Assembly (NCBI RefSeq): GCF_018350175.1
Contig: NC_058368.1
Coordinates: 125,242,001-125,306,000, forward strand
Origin: Felis catus
Taxonomy: Eukaryota
Reading direction: 5' to 3'
Length of the DNA stretch: 64,000 nt
The notes under the pieces are model-generated. The model was given only the letters and a program-made list of their open reading frames with translations. It was not told the DNA's origin and ran no database searches. The translations under genes were made by a program, and so were the position numbers. Of this stretch, positions 1 to 12,214 are shown in pieces. How positions within the stretch are numbered: position 1 is the stretch's first letter; every line of letters begins with the position of its first letter.

Positions 1-158
1 GAGCCTGCTTCACATTGTGTTTCTCCCTCTGTCTCTGCTCCTCCCTCACTCACACTCTGCGTCTCTCCCTCTCAAAAATAAATGTTAAAAAAAAAATCAA
101 GGCCTTACTCTGCGTCTCTCCCTCTCAAAAATAAATGTTAAAAAAAAATCAAGGCCTT
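1..158 (+). mobile_element. Can-SINE 3' part with tandemly duplicated tail
   Basis: (CT)-rich segment, aaaataaatgttaaaa tail; unit 54-106 is repeated at 107-158. Confidence 0.85.
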
Positions 159-976
159 TTGAGACTGGAGGGGCTTGAGTTCTTCTTGTCTGTCCAGGTT
201 CTGTCAATACTGGCTGTGTATCTTAGGGGTTGTTTGTCTCTTGGTAAATCAGTCCCTTTTTCAGAGCACATGTTTAAGCTGATCGCAGTGTATGTTTTCT
301 TTTTTTTAAAGTGTATCAGTTTACTTCATTTGAACCCTCATAACTTGGGTATTTTCCTCATGGTAAATACTTCAGGTAAAAAACTAATTTGCTTTTACAT
401 CTCAACCTTTCTGATAGAAGGATTTGAGGTCACAACCTACCTTTCTTTTTTTTTTTTTGTTCCTTCTTTCCTCTCTCTCTCTCTCTTTTTTTTTTTTTAA
501 TAATTATTTGTTAACCCTGTTATAATGTTAGATCTAGAGGGACGGCCTTCTTGAGTCTTTAAGGATCTTCACTGTTTTGACTTCACTTTGTTTTGAAGTC
601 AATTAACATCAAATTAAGTTTTGTTCCAGTTGAGTCCAATTTGTTTGCGGTATTACTCTAAATTACAATATACCATTACCAATCCTTAAAGGAAAAGGGT
701 TGAATTAGAAAAATAAGGCTGAATTAGAAAAAAAAAAATCAAGGATGACTTAACCTACTTCAGTTTTATGAAGAAAGAGAAGCTCAGTGAGCAAAAACTT
801 GTTTATAGAGTAAGGCTTGTTTTTTTGTAGTGAATTTTACATGAAAATTAAATCACTTCATTTTATGTTTCAAAGATCTTGAATTCTTTGTATTGTACCT
901 TTTAGTAGTCTAGAAACTTGAGAAATAGAAGCATCGTGTTTCCAGTAATGATATTTTGTCCTTTAAAATTCTTTTT

Positions 977-1223
977 GGGGCGCCTGGGTGGCGCAGTCGG
1001 TTAAGCGTCCGACTTCAGCCAGGTCACGATCTCGCGGTCCGTGAGTTCGAACCCCGCGTTGGGCTCTGGGCTGATGGCTCAGAGCCTGGAGCCTGTTTCT
1101 GATTGTGTCTCCCTCTCTCTCTGCCCCTCCCTCGTTCATGCTCTGTCTCTCTCTGTCCCAAAAATAAATAAACGTTGAAAAAAAAAATTTAAAAAAAAAT
1201 AAAAAAAATAAAAAAAAATAAAA
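977..1223 (+). mobile_element. Young felid-type Can-SINE (SINEC_Fc-like)
   Basis: ggggcgcctgggtggcgcagtcggttaagcgtccgac head with intact CpGs, patterned A tail, TSD aaattctttttg on both sides. Confidence 0.95.
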
Positions 1224-1461
1224 TTCTTTTTGAAGAGTGAATGTAGCAATTTCTATATGTGACAATTTAATAATAAGAGTTTTTTAATGCTCTATTTGGG
1301 TTTTTTGGGGGCTGGGTGGGTCGTGTAAGCAAAGCATGGGAAGGTACTGAACAATTAAAGAAGGAAACTGAGGAGCATAAGGGTCTAACAAAATTCCAGG
1401 GTAAAAGGAAGCATTAAAATGAACCTTTTTAATGGATGGAAATTTGTAATGCTCTAGATTT

Positions 1462-1923
1462 CTTTCTTTCTTTTTTTTTTTTTAATGTTTACTTATTTGA
1501 GAGAGAGAGAAGGTGTGTGAGCAGGGAAGAAGCAGAGATAGGAGACCCAGAATCTGAAGCAGGCCCCAGGCTCTGAGTGGTCAGCACAGAGCTCCATGTT
1601 GGGCTCGAACTCGCACCACGAGATCATGACCTGAGCTGAAGTTGGTTGCTTAACCGACTGAGCCACCCAGGCGCCCCTGTAATACTCTAGATTTCTTGTG
1701 AAGTTTTTTTTTTTTTTTTTCAACGTTTATTTATTTTTGGGACAGAGAGAGACAGAGCATGAACGGGCGAGGGGCAGAGAGAGAGGGAGACACAGAATCG
1801 GAAACAGGCTCCAGGCTCTGAGCCATCAGCCCAGAGCCCGACGCGGGGCTCGAACTCACGGACCGCAAGATCGTGACCTGGCTGAAGTCGGACGCTTAAC
1901 CGACTGCGCCACCCAGGCGCCCC
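1462..1923 (-). mobile_element. Two antisense Can-SINEs (about 1462-1677, and young copy 1704-1923)
   Basis: Poly-T tails and ...cccaggcgcccc ends; TSDs tgtaat(g/a)ctctagatttc and tcttgtgaagtttttt. Confidence 0.93.
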
Positions 1924-2164
1924 ATCTTGTGAAGTTTTTTAATATTTTCTTATATTTGAACGTCTAATCTATAATTTTAAGTAGAGTTCGATAACTGAAA
2001 ATACTGGGCATTGTTTCATGGTCCAAACTGTAAAATAACAAACTATAGAATATTTTTCTTTAGTGTGGCCATGGTCCTTAGGCAAGTATTTTTTTTTTTT
2101 TCTTCTTGATGTTTATTGCAGCATTTACCATCCTTTCTTGATGATTATCACTTATTTACTTAGT

Positions 2165-2389
2165 TACTTATTTTATTTATTTATTTATTTTAATGTTTGT
2201 GTATTTTTGAGAGAGGGACAAAGCATGAGTAGGGGGAGAGGCAGAGAGATGGAGACACAGAATCTGAAGCAGGCTCCAGGCTCTGGGATGTCAGCACAGA
2301 GCTCGACGCCTGGCCCAAACCCACAAACCGAGAGATCATGACTTGAGCTGAAGTCAGACACTTACCGACTTGAGCTGTCCAGGTGCCCC
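2165..2389 (-). mobile_element. Can-SINE
   Basis: (ttta)n tail; gagacacagaatctgaagcaggctccagg core. Confidence 0.9.
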
Positions 2390-3173
2390 TATGATAATCA
2401 CTTTAAATGTTGATTTAAAAACATTTGTAGGCTCTGCTTAAGACCTGTGGAATCAATCTATTGGGGGGGGGGTCTCTTTTACTTCGTATTAGGGAAGTCT
2501 GGAAATCACTTAGCACTTAGTATGTGCCTACTTAAATATTAGTAAGAATTTTACAACATTGAAAACAATTTCAGTGGAACAGGATGTCCTAGTATTCTCA
2601 AAAATTAGAAATGTGACTCACAAAACTATAGAATAAATGTCACAGACTGATCATTTTTTAAGAATGATTTTCCTTTTATAACCTGATACATGAAGGTTAT
2701 CGGCCGTTTATTGTAGTATAACCCTTTGGAGATGGCATTTCACATTCAGACAGGCTCTGCTTCTTTGGGTTATGCATCTTTGGCTAGAATATTACAAAGT
2801 AAAGTAGTGCTTTCTTCTGCTCATTGCATTCTATCATTTGGCACACTATTTCAGTTTGTTCTGTGACTGATGATGTTCACTTTGATCTGTTGATTAAGAA
2901 TTTCCCAGGCTATTTGCTTGGCTGTTTGACTGCAGAGCTGTAGTAAGTAGTTTGTTTTTGTTTTGGAGGGTGGGAGGTACTTAGAAATTGTGTAAATAAC
3001 CTCTTCTTCCTTTAATTTTTCATTGTATGCCTTTATATCCAGATTCAGGGTGTTTTATTCAAGGGGTTGTAGTACAGCACTCTTATTTTTATTGAAGTGA
3101 AACTCACATTACATGATGTTAACCATTTTATTTTTTTTATAAATAATGCATCAATTTTATTTCAGCCCTCACC

Positions 3174-3208
3174 TTTTTTTTTTTTTTACATTTTTAATGT
3201 TTATTCTT

Positions 3209-3275
<67 letters not shown>

Positions 3276-3662
3276 CATGAGCAGGGGAAGGAGCAGAAAG
3301 AGAGGGAGACACAGAATCCAAAGCAGCCTCCAAGCTCTGAGCTGTCAGCACAGAGCTTGACACGGGGCTCGAACTCATGAACTGTGAGAATCGTGACTTG
3401 AGCTGAAATCGGATCCTTAACCGACTGAGCCACCTAGGTGTCCCAGCCATTTTATTTTATTTTAAAAAATCATGTTATTTTTTAGAGGGAGAGTGTGCAT
3501 GCAAGCTGGGGAGAGGGGCACAGGGAGAGGAAGAGAGAATCTCAAGCAGGCTCCATGTTCAGCCCAGAGCCCTAGACTGGGCTTGATCCATGACCCTGGG
3601 GTCATGACCTGGGCCAAAATCAAGAGTGGGATGCTCAACTGACTGAGCTATCAAGGCACCCC
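3174..3662 (-). mobile_element. Two antisense Can-SINEs; the first carries a long internal (CA)n at 3211-3274
   Basis: SINE cores; outer TSD tga(t/a)gttaaccatttta. Confidence 0.9.
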
Positions 3663-3669
3663 TGAAGTT

Positions 3670-5335
3670 AACCATTTTAAAACACAATTCAGTGGCATTT
3701 AGTACATTCACAATGGTGTAAAACCACTTTTATCGAGTTCCAGAACATTTTTGTCATTGTAAAAGAAAAATATGTATCCATTTAGCAGTCACTCCCTATT
3801 CCTCTGTCCCAGCAATTTTTGGCAACTACCAGTTGGCCTATCATCTCTATGGATTTACTTATTGTTGATATTTCATATAACTAGAATTATGCAATATGTG
3901 ATCTTTTGTTTGGCTTCTTTTCACCACTTAGCGTGTTTTTGAGTTAACTCTTTTAGCATGTGTCAGTACTTCATTCCTTCTTACACTGTATATATATTAT
4001 ACCACATGTTTATACATTGATGTGTGATGGACATTTGGACATCCCACTTGTTATTGTGAGTAGAGCTTGTGTTGAACACTGGTGTGCAGGTATTTGAATA
4101 CCCATTTTCAGTTCTTTTAGAGATATATACATAAATATATGTAGTATTTCTGGGTCATATGGTGTGTGTGTGTATGTGTGTGTGTATGTATGTATGTGTG
4201 TGTGTGTGTGTACACATACACACACACACAGAGACATATATGTAACTTTTTGAGGAGTTACGGAAATTTTCCGCAGTGCTTGCATCAGTTTACCTTTTTA
4301 TTAACAATGTCAAAGGGTACCAGTTTCTCTCATATCTTTTTTATTTATTTATTAAAAAAATTTTTTTAAATCTTTATTATTTATTTTTGAGAGAGAGAGA
4401 GAGTATGAGCAGGGAAGAGGCAGAGAGAGACACACAGAGTCGAAAGCAGGCTCCAGGCTCTGAGCTGGTGGCACAGAGCCCAATGTGGGGCTCAAACACA
4501 CGAACTGTGAGATCATGACCTGAGCCGAAGTTGGACGGTCAACCGACTGAGCCACCCAAGCGCCCCTTTATATTTTTGATACTAGATCCTTATCATATAG
4601 GATTTGCAAATATTTTTTCCCATCCTGTGAGTTGTATTTCCACTTTCTAGATAATACCCTTTGCCATAGAAGTTTTGTATTTTTATGAAGGCCATTTTCC
4701 CCCCTATTGCTATTTATGCTCTTGGTGTCATGTAAAAATCCATTCACAAATCCAAAGTCATGGAGCTTTATCGCCTATCTTCTTCTGGTAGATTTTATTT
4801 TATTTTATTTTATTTTGTTTTATTTTATTTTATTTTATTTTATTTTATTTGTATCTTTCTGATAGCTTTTATAGTTGTTTGATGATCCATTTTGAGTTTA
4901 TTTTTGTATGTGGTGTGAATAGTGTAGTCCATTGAATATCCACCAGTCTCAGCATCATTTGTTGAAAAGACTGTTCTTTCCCCCATTAAATGTTCTTAGT
5001 GTTTTGCTCAAAAATTAACTGGCCATACATGTATGATCTCATTTCTGGACTCTTTGTTCTATCCCATTGGTTTATATATCCTTATGCTACTGTGATTTTA
5101 TTTTTGTAGCTTTGTAATAAGTTTTGAAATACAGAAATGTGAGTTCTGTAAATGTACTCTCCTTCGCAGTTAATGTTTTAGATGTTTGGGATCCCTTGCA
5201 GTTCCAAGCGAATTTGAGAATGCCTTTTCTGTTTCTATGAAAAAGGATGTTGGAATTTTAATAGATAGTATGCATATGTTATATACTTACACTGTGGTGG
5301 GCATTGGTATGTTTGATGGTGTCCTACATGTCTTT
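3670..5335 (-). mobile_element. Old L1M (L1MB-like) 3'/ORF2 fragments, interrupted by a TG/CA microsatellite (about 4160-4230), a SINE (4360-4566) and (TTTTA)n (4793-4850)
   Basis: Typical antisense L1 text such as acaattcagtggcatttagtacattcaca and cagcatcatttgttgaaaagactgttctttcccc. Confidence 0.8.
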
Positions 5336-5336
5336 T

Positions 5337-5580
5337 TGTAGCTGGGGTGCAGAGATAGGTGCAAAAGCACCTGGCTCTGAGAGTCCTCAATAGACCAGGC
5401 TCAGCCCCTCAAGGCTGACAAAATCCAAAGGTAGAAAAGTGACTGGGGGTGAAACAAGAAAGGAATTTATTTCATTGAGGCCAACACCAGGAAGACTGTG
5501 GACTAGCATCTCAAAGATGATTTGTAAAATAACCAAAAATACTTCCAGGTTTTGCATAAGGAGAATGTATGCCAAGGAGA
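5337..5580. mobile_element. Probable LTR fragment (family not identified)
   Basis: Abrupt change of sequence style within old L1, starting tgtagctgggg, with a tttatttca antisense poly(A)-like motif. Confidence 0.4.
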
Positions 5581-8473
5581 ATGTGAGATAATTAAAATTT
5601 TAATAAAATTAAAAGAATTAATGGAAAAATCCATGGTGAACACAATGTAAAAGTGTAAATGAATATCAAGATCAGTAAGTTATCTTCTCTAAAGATAGCA
5701 GATCTTTTCACACATGGGTCAAATAAGGAACCAACTTTTAGTGCTCACAGGTTGCAGCTTTTAATAAGACTTGACTAAAGATTTATCGGTTACAGAAACT
5801 AATTTCAGTGCAGTACAATAGGAGTTTTATTTCTGCTGTCTGCACATACTGCTACTTTGAAAGCTTTTCAAACAAGAGCCACTTTTACCTAAGTAGAGAC
5901 ACCTTTAACCATGTTCAGCTAGTGTTTTGTTGGAGATGCATGTCTGAAGACAAAAAGGAATAAAAATAAAGGAAAATTAAAAAGTAATTTAACTCTCCCA
6001 GTCTTTGCCTGTTGGGTCTTTGTTGGGGAATTTCTTGAATGGTTAGCCACACAGTTTACAACTTAGATTTCATTTCCTGCTCTTGTTGAAACTAAAGATC
6101 AATCTGAAGTGAAAGTTGAGGGTTTTCTCAGGGTTTTTTTCTGAGCAAGTGTCTTGATCTGGGCATATATGTGTGGTTTTCTAAGTCTCCTGGTATAAGG
6201 GAGTTCTCTGCAATGTCATAATTTCCCAGAGAAATTCTCTCTTGGCCTTTATTTACAGCCTTTGGGTGTGCTGTTGTTTACTCAATTATAAACCTTGGTC
6301 CCAGGGAGGAGGTTGTTGATTTGCTGTATAATGTTTTGGAGGAATGCCTCTAGCTTAGCGGTTTTTCCTTGCATGGTAGGTAAAACAAAGGCAGCTACCT
6401 CAGGTCATTCCTTAGCTCCCAGACAGGTTTATACAGACAAACATAATCCTTTGAGAATAAGGTCTACTAGACTCCAGAAGCAAACCTGGGTTTCACACTG
6501 GCTTCAGGACCTCCACTATGCTAGGGAGAGATGGGAGTCAATGACAAAAACGCTGTAAACCTTTTCTACTGTTTTTAAGTTTGCGTTTTCTGGATTCATT
6601 GTTTGCTTGATTGCTGTAAGCCTTTTGATTGTTTCAGAGTACTGACAAAGCTGATTTTGACAGATTTTGCTTGACTTTTTGGTGTTTCTGTGAAGGGGTA
6701 GGCTCTTGGAGTTCCTTTTTTGGTCATTTTTGTGTTGATGTCCTTCACATGTGTTTTCTTATTTTAATGTCCATCTTGTCCCTGATTTGGCCACTGGGAA
6801 CCCATTCATGCTGGTTTCTATGTCCTTTTGATATTTTGTAATCATTATTTAGACATTTCTTTGCTTTCTGCTAAAATAAAATATTCTGGGCTTATTTTGT
6901 CATCTTCTTTCCCCAGCCCTGGAATCAGCTATTTTTCAAAGCCCTGGTTTTGTTTAGTGGAAAACCATTTTTAGAAGCCGAGGCCCAGTGTTAAGTATGC
7001 TCATTGCTATTGGAGTCACTATGGTCAGGCTCTCTCATTGCAGAGTTGGGGGAGGTATATATACATAAACAGGAATATTTACCTTTATGGTTATATGTGA
7101 ACATTAGTATCTTAATATTATTTTTTAGTATCTTAATATTGTTAATATGACTGAATTAATTGTTCATGATAGTGATACATTACAACACCACAGCATTCTC
7201 TTTAGTTTTCACCCTTTCTGTTACTAGTTGCTGTGTTCTTTGAATAGTATGAAACTTACCTTTCATTATTCTGAATACTTACTTGATTATTTCCCCTGTA
7301 TATAATCAGTTTTCTGTTGTAGCCATTGTCACCTGCCCCATGTGGATACCCACCTCTCCCAGCTTAGCCTCTTGACTGTGATCACTCCTTTCTTCCCCCG
7401 CACATGGATGCCTTCCTTACTACTCTTTTGGGCTCAGTGTCCCATCCCTGACTGTCCCTCTCCGTGGATACCCTTCCTCACTTTGTTTTGATATCAACAT
7501 CCTGTGCTGGGCCACTCCCAGGTGTTCATACCCTCTTACTGACTCTGCCTGTTAAGATCTGGATCCCCTGGCTCCTCTGCTTTTCTCCCATATAATAACT
7601 GGGATAGTAAGTGGGAAGAGGAAGACCCACTTTTTAAATAAAATCTAATATATTAAACTGAGCTTATACTAAAAAAGTCTTTCACAGGTGAATTTGAATA
7701 GTTGTTTTCTCGTTCTTACCTTATTAATGAAGGATTGTGAACAGTTTGGCTAAATGAAAAAGTTAACCTTGTTAAAGGGTTCTATGTAGATAGTCTGATA
7801 ATAAAGGGTAGCTGTGTTTTTAGAACTTTAATAGTTATCAAGTTGAATCTTGAAAGGTAATTGGTAGTTGTCTTAAATTTTGATAAAGAGAAGAAACATT
7901 TTGATGTTAACTTACCAAAGTCAACCAACCTAGTACCTGAGTTGATTTGAATCTAGGACAGAGTCTGAAGCCTGTGTTCTTTCTTAAAAATCTTTCTTAG
8001 TTAAAAAGTTAAAATGCCTTAGCTGTTAGTTGGTTTTGCATGTTTTTGACGTGCTTTGTGACTTAAAGTTTATTTATGGTGTCTGAAATGTAAACCATTA
8101 TAAAGATAGTATGTTCACTGTTCATCTAAATTTGAGGTTTTCATTGAAAATATTTGGCACAAACTTTTGGTGGGTTCAGAAGTAAAAGCATTATAGGAAT
8201 TAGGAAAAATCATATTACTAGTGTACTTTTTGCCACAGTGCATTTTTCAATCTGAAGAACTCCATTTTGGATATTTAAATCTGGTGCGTGCACTTATAAA
8301 TATACAGTATTTCAATTAGGGTTTTTTCAGAACCAGTTTTCCCCTGGAGAATTTTTTTAATAGTTGATGTTTTAGACTGAAGGCATTTATTCATGAACAG
8401 GTTGTAAATTGGTTGAGATTAGAAATTAGTATTTTCATACCATCAGCTTTTTTTGTAATTTTATTAAAAAAAA

Positions 8474-8675
8474 TTTTTTTAATGTTTATTTATTTTTGAG
8501 AGAGACAGAGTGTGAGTGGGGGCGGGGGTGCAAAGAGAGACTGAGACACAGAATCTGAAGCAGGCTCCAGCCTCTGAGCTGTCAGCACAGAGCCAGATGC
8601 GGGGATCGAACCCACAAGCTGTGAGGTTATGACCCGAAGTCGGACGCTCAACTGACCGAATTACCGAAGCGCCCC
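8474..8675 (-). mobile_element. Can-SINE
   Basis: SINE core; TSD cataccatcagctttt on both sides. Confidence 0.92.
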
Positions 8676-8863
8676 CATACCATCAGCTTTTAAAACTCTT
8701 AATTATTTATGTCTACATGGGCCCATCAGACCTAATGGATCTGGTGGAAGTTTCCTAATAACCTGGAATTACTGGTTATTTACATCCTCCCACCCCAGCA
8801 GTTTCCTGTAAGTACTAGTTTTTATATACAAACATTTTTGATGAGTGTATTTCTGATACTGTT

Positions 8864-9637
8864 TGTATTCATTTGTGTTAAGAAACAATTCATCATAGTA
8901 AATTTAAAGATCAAATTGGTTTTATTCAGTTTCATGAATGGGGTAGCATCCTATCTATCAAATAGGTAAGAGCTCCTAGGAGCTGTACAAAATGGCAGGC
9001 TTTTATAGGCAGAAGAGGCTAGGGACAGGGAAAAAGTGGACTACTATATCTTCCATTAGGGAATGGAAGGGGTCTATCAGGTGATTACCTCACTAGTGCT
9101 GACCAAGAAATTCCAGACTGACCAGCTAAGATTTGATTTTTGGGAAGGTCTGAAAGCACAGTCAGGTTACATAGTAATAAGTCTTGGTTTGTTGATGTGG
9201 GGCTTAGAATAAGTGACTCAGTTTGGGTCTTTTTGTTTCTTTTTAACGTTTACTAGGGAAGCCATAACAAAAACAAACTGAGTGTCTTAAATAAATTTAT
9301 TTTCTCACAGTTTTGGAAGTTTAAAGTCCAAGATCAAGATGCCAACAGAGTTGGTTTCCTCTGAGACTTCTCTCCTTGGTTTGCAGATGACCACCCTCTT
9401 GTTGCCTCTTCGCATGGTCTCTTTTCTGCGCAACCCTGGTGTCTTTCATTGTGTCCAAATTTTCTCCTCTTATTAGGGCACAGAGAATTGGAATGGGACC
9501 CACCCTAACACCCTCACTTAAGTTAATCATCTGATTAAAGCCTTTATCTCCAAATATGGTTACATTCTGAGGTTGGGCAGTTAAAACTTGGATATGGGAG
9601 TTTGTGGGGGCAAGGGGGCACAATTTGTCTCCTAATA
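8864..9637 (-). mobile_element. MaLR LTR (MLT1A/C-like), split by the LTR at 8876-9248
   Basis: tgtattcatttg|ctagggaagccataacaaa ... ctcacagttttggaagtttaaagtccaagatcaagatg matches the MLT1 pattern. Confidence 0.8.
8876..9248 (-). mobile_element. ERV1-type solo LTR nested in an MLT1 element
   Basis: Inverted termini tgttaa...ttaacg and 4-bp TSD tttg/ttta. Confidence 0.65.
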
Positions 9638-9737
9638 TAATGCAGGGAAAGTAAGAATGAATTCTGATGGCACTAAGTGTGGCTAAAAAGAAAATGATAG
9701 GGTGGCACTTTTGAAAATTTAATTTCCCTTTATACAG

Positions 9738-10224
9738 GTAAGGGGGTAAAATTTATTGTAGCCTCCTAAATTCCCTGGTTTGGGGCACTGTAAATTAGAC
9801 TGACAAAAGACAGATTAACAAGGGAAAACAAATAAAAGTTTATTAGAATATTCTCTCATAGGGGAGTAATTTAGGGATGGTTAGAATTTGCTAAATAACT
9901 CTTTACCTAATTCCATTGGGGAGAGAGAGGGAGGGGAGAAAGGGCAGTAATGGAAAAACAAGATGGCTTGGGAAAGATAGGTAAATGGACCCTTAGGAAA
10001 ATTGATGGGAGAAATGATAGTTTGTGGCAATATCTCCGTTTGGGACTGAATTTTTTTTTTTTTTCCTTTGTGGAGAAGAGTTGCTCCAGGGGAGCGGAAT
10101 CATAAATCCTTTGGGAGGCTCTGCTTTTAGATAGATAAGGGATTTCAGGAACTAAAATGCCTTTAGCTCAAAACTGTTAGGTTAAAATGGCATATTTTGG
10201 GGTGGCATATCATAATTCCTTCAC
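9738..10224 (-). mobile_element. ERV1 solo LTR, MER34-like
   Basis: gactgacaaaagacagattaacaag and the terminal tggcatattttggggtggcatat...ccttcaca resemble the MER34 family. Confidence 0.65.
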
Positions 10225-11297
10225 ACACTGTGTAAATGTCTTAATAATTAAGCGTTTTTTACCTTTTTTTTCAGAACGTGAAAATTTCTACCATTAGCTA
10301 TTCATACTTTGTTCTTTAAAAACTAGGTTCAAATCACATTTAAAGATATTGCAGAAATGAATATGTAATAACAGTGATTTGCCACGTAGGGATTGTTTTT
10401 AGCATATAAGTTAGCGAAGATTGTTTAAAATAAGCTTTAAATTATTGGTTATTTTAGGTTATCTGCATTTCCCTGTGAATTTTTGATATAAAGTATAAAA
10501 ACTTTTTATTCCCATTCAGTTACTGAAACTGTAATTTTAAAGAGTTTCCAACAAAAAGTTGTTGGAAAAGTAACATCTTGTCACAAACATCACAGAGCAG
10601 CTTAGTTTGTAGTTTCATTTCAGAATAGATAATGAAAATCCTTTATATATCCAAAGACACTTAAGTTTTACTTTTAATTTCAGAAAACTTGAAAATGTAG
10701 TGTAAGATGACAGAATTAGAGTTTACTGGATTGTTTGAATTTTTATGTAGTTAAGTATACTCTTCCATTTGTTTCATAAACGTATTACTGGAATTTGTCT
10801 CATATTTTTCAGATTTTATCAAGGTTTTTCCACGTTGGGCTCATGGCTCATATGAGCATTTAGTATTTGAATATTTTCATTACCATAGTGAGTTAACCAT
10901 TTGTATCTATTTCTGTATCTGGCCACTCTTAACCATAACCTTTAAATTTTTAAATAGGTCCCTACTGTTAGGAATAGTAAAAAAAGACTACTTCCATAAT
11001 ATTTGAGAATGTTTTTTAAAAAGTATTTTAGCAAGTTGGTGTGACTGAAGGATTCTGCCATAGAAATTATATTTGAAAGAATTTGGAAAAAGGAAGATTA
11101 ACAATGGTATCGATTATTTTTTTTTTTTAATTTCACTGTTGAGATTATGCAATTGTAAATACATTAGTCATTAGTAAACTCAGACCTTGGTAATGCATAG
11201 AAAATTTGATTCCTTCATCAACTGGTAGTCTAAGCTTTATAATGAAAGGAGTACAGTTGTCCAGTTGGCTTCTGCATTATTTAAAACAAAGAAACAG

Positions 11298-12214
11298 AGG
11301 CGCCTGGGTGGCTTGGTCGGTTAAGCATCTGACTTCGGCTCAGGTCATGATCTCGCAGTCCGTGAGTTCGAGCCCCACGTCGGGCTCTGTGCTGACAGCT
11401 CAGCCTGGAGCCTGTTTCAGATTCTGTGTCTCCCTCTTTCTCTGCCCCTCCCCTGTTCATGCTCTGTCTCTGTCTCAAAAATAAAAATAAACGTTAAAAA
11501 AAAATAAAAACTATGAATTTCCTGTTTAGAACTTGGGCTGGCAACTTGAAACTTTGATGGAGTTGATAGAGGCACTCAAAAAGTTAAATTTAGAGTGCAG
11601 AAAAGCTGTAGCTCCTGAAATATTTAAGATGACTGTTGTGATGATTATAATTTTAAACAGCCATTTTAATTATGGGCATTTTCAAATACACATGTGACTA
11701 GGGAAGAAGTATTTATACACCTCCTTGTACTACCATTTATAATCATGTGCAGCCTTTTTTTAGGAAAAAAGTTTTTTTTTAACATTTACTCATTTTTGAG
11801 GGACAGAGTGACAACAGGAGTGGAGGAGGGGCAGAGAGCGAGAGCGAGACAGAATCCGAAGCAGGCTCCAGCCTCTGAGCTGATAGCACAGAGACTGACG
11901 CGGGGCTCAAACTCATGAACTGTGAGATCATGACCTGAGCTAAAGCCAGACCTGAGCCACCCAGGTGTCCCAGCCTGTACCCCTGTTGAACATTATATGA
12001 TTTTTAAAGCAAATTAAAAAAAAAATGTTTATTTATTTTGAGAGGGAGACTGTACTCATGTCTGAGCAGGGGAGGGGCAGAGAGAGAATCCCAAGCAGGC
12101 TCTTCTTTGTCCACTTAGAGCCCCACTGGAGCTCAATCTGAGAAACTGAAATCATGACCTGAGTCTGTATCAAGAATCGGGACTCTTAACTGACTGAGCC
12201 ACCCCAGGTACCCC
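11298..12214. mobile_element. Can-SINE cluster: 11298-11510 (+), 11772-11971 (-), 12025-12214 (-)
   Basis: SINE heads, cores and tails are visible. Confidence 0.9.

Noticed and set aside
135..500. 121-aa hydrophobic ORF
   Set aside because: T-rich low-complexity composition, starts in a SINE tail, and has no splice or homology support.
977..1060. tRNA-like A/B-box sequence at SINE heads (also 17359 and 21447)
   Set aside because: These are tRNA-derived SINE heads followed by SINE body or A tail; there is no evidence of an intact tRNA gene.
963..4555. Supplied ORFs with recurring peptides such as GAWVAQSVK, RLQALSHQPRA and CVCVCV (here and throughout the window)
   Set aside because: They are translations of Can-SINE bodies and microsatellites, not genes.
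7104..7140. Short tandem duplication ttagtatcttaatatt (similar small ones near 700-745 and 19691-19725)
   Set aside because: Ordinary slippage duplications with no sign of function.
9321..9623. 100-aa minus-strand ORF
   Set aside because: Lies within the non-coding MLT1 LTR.
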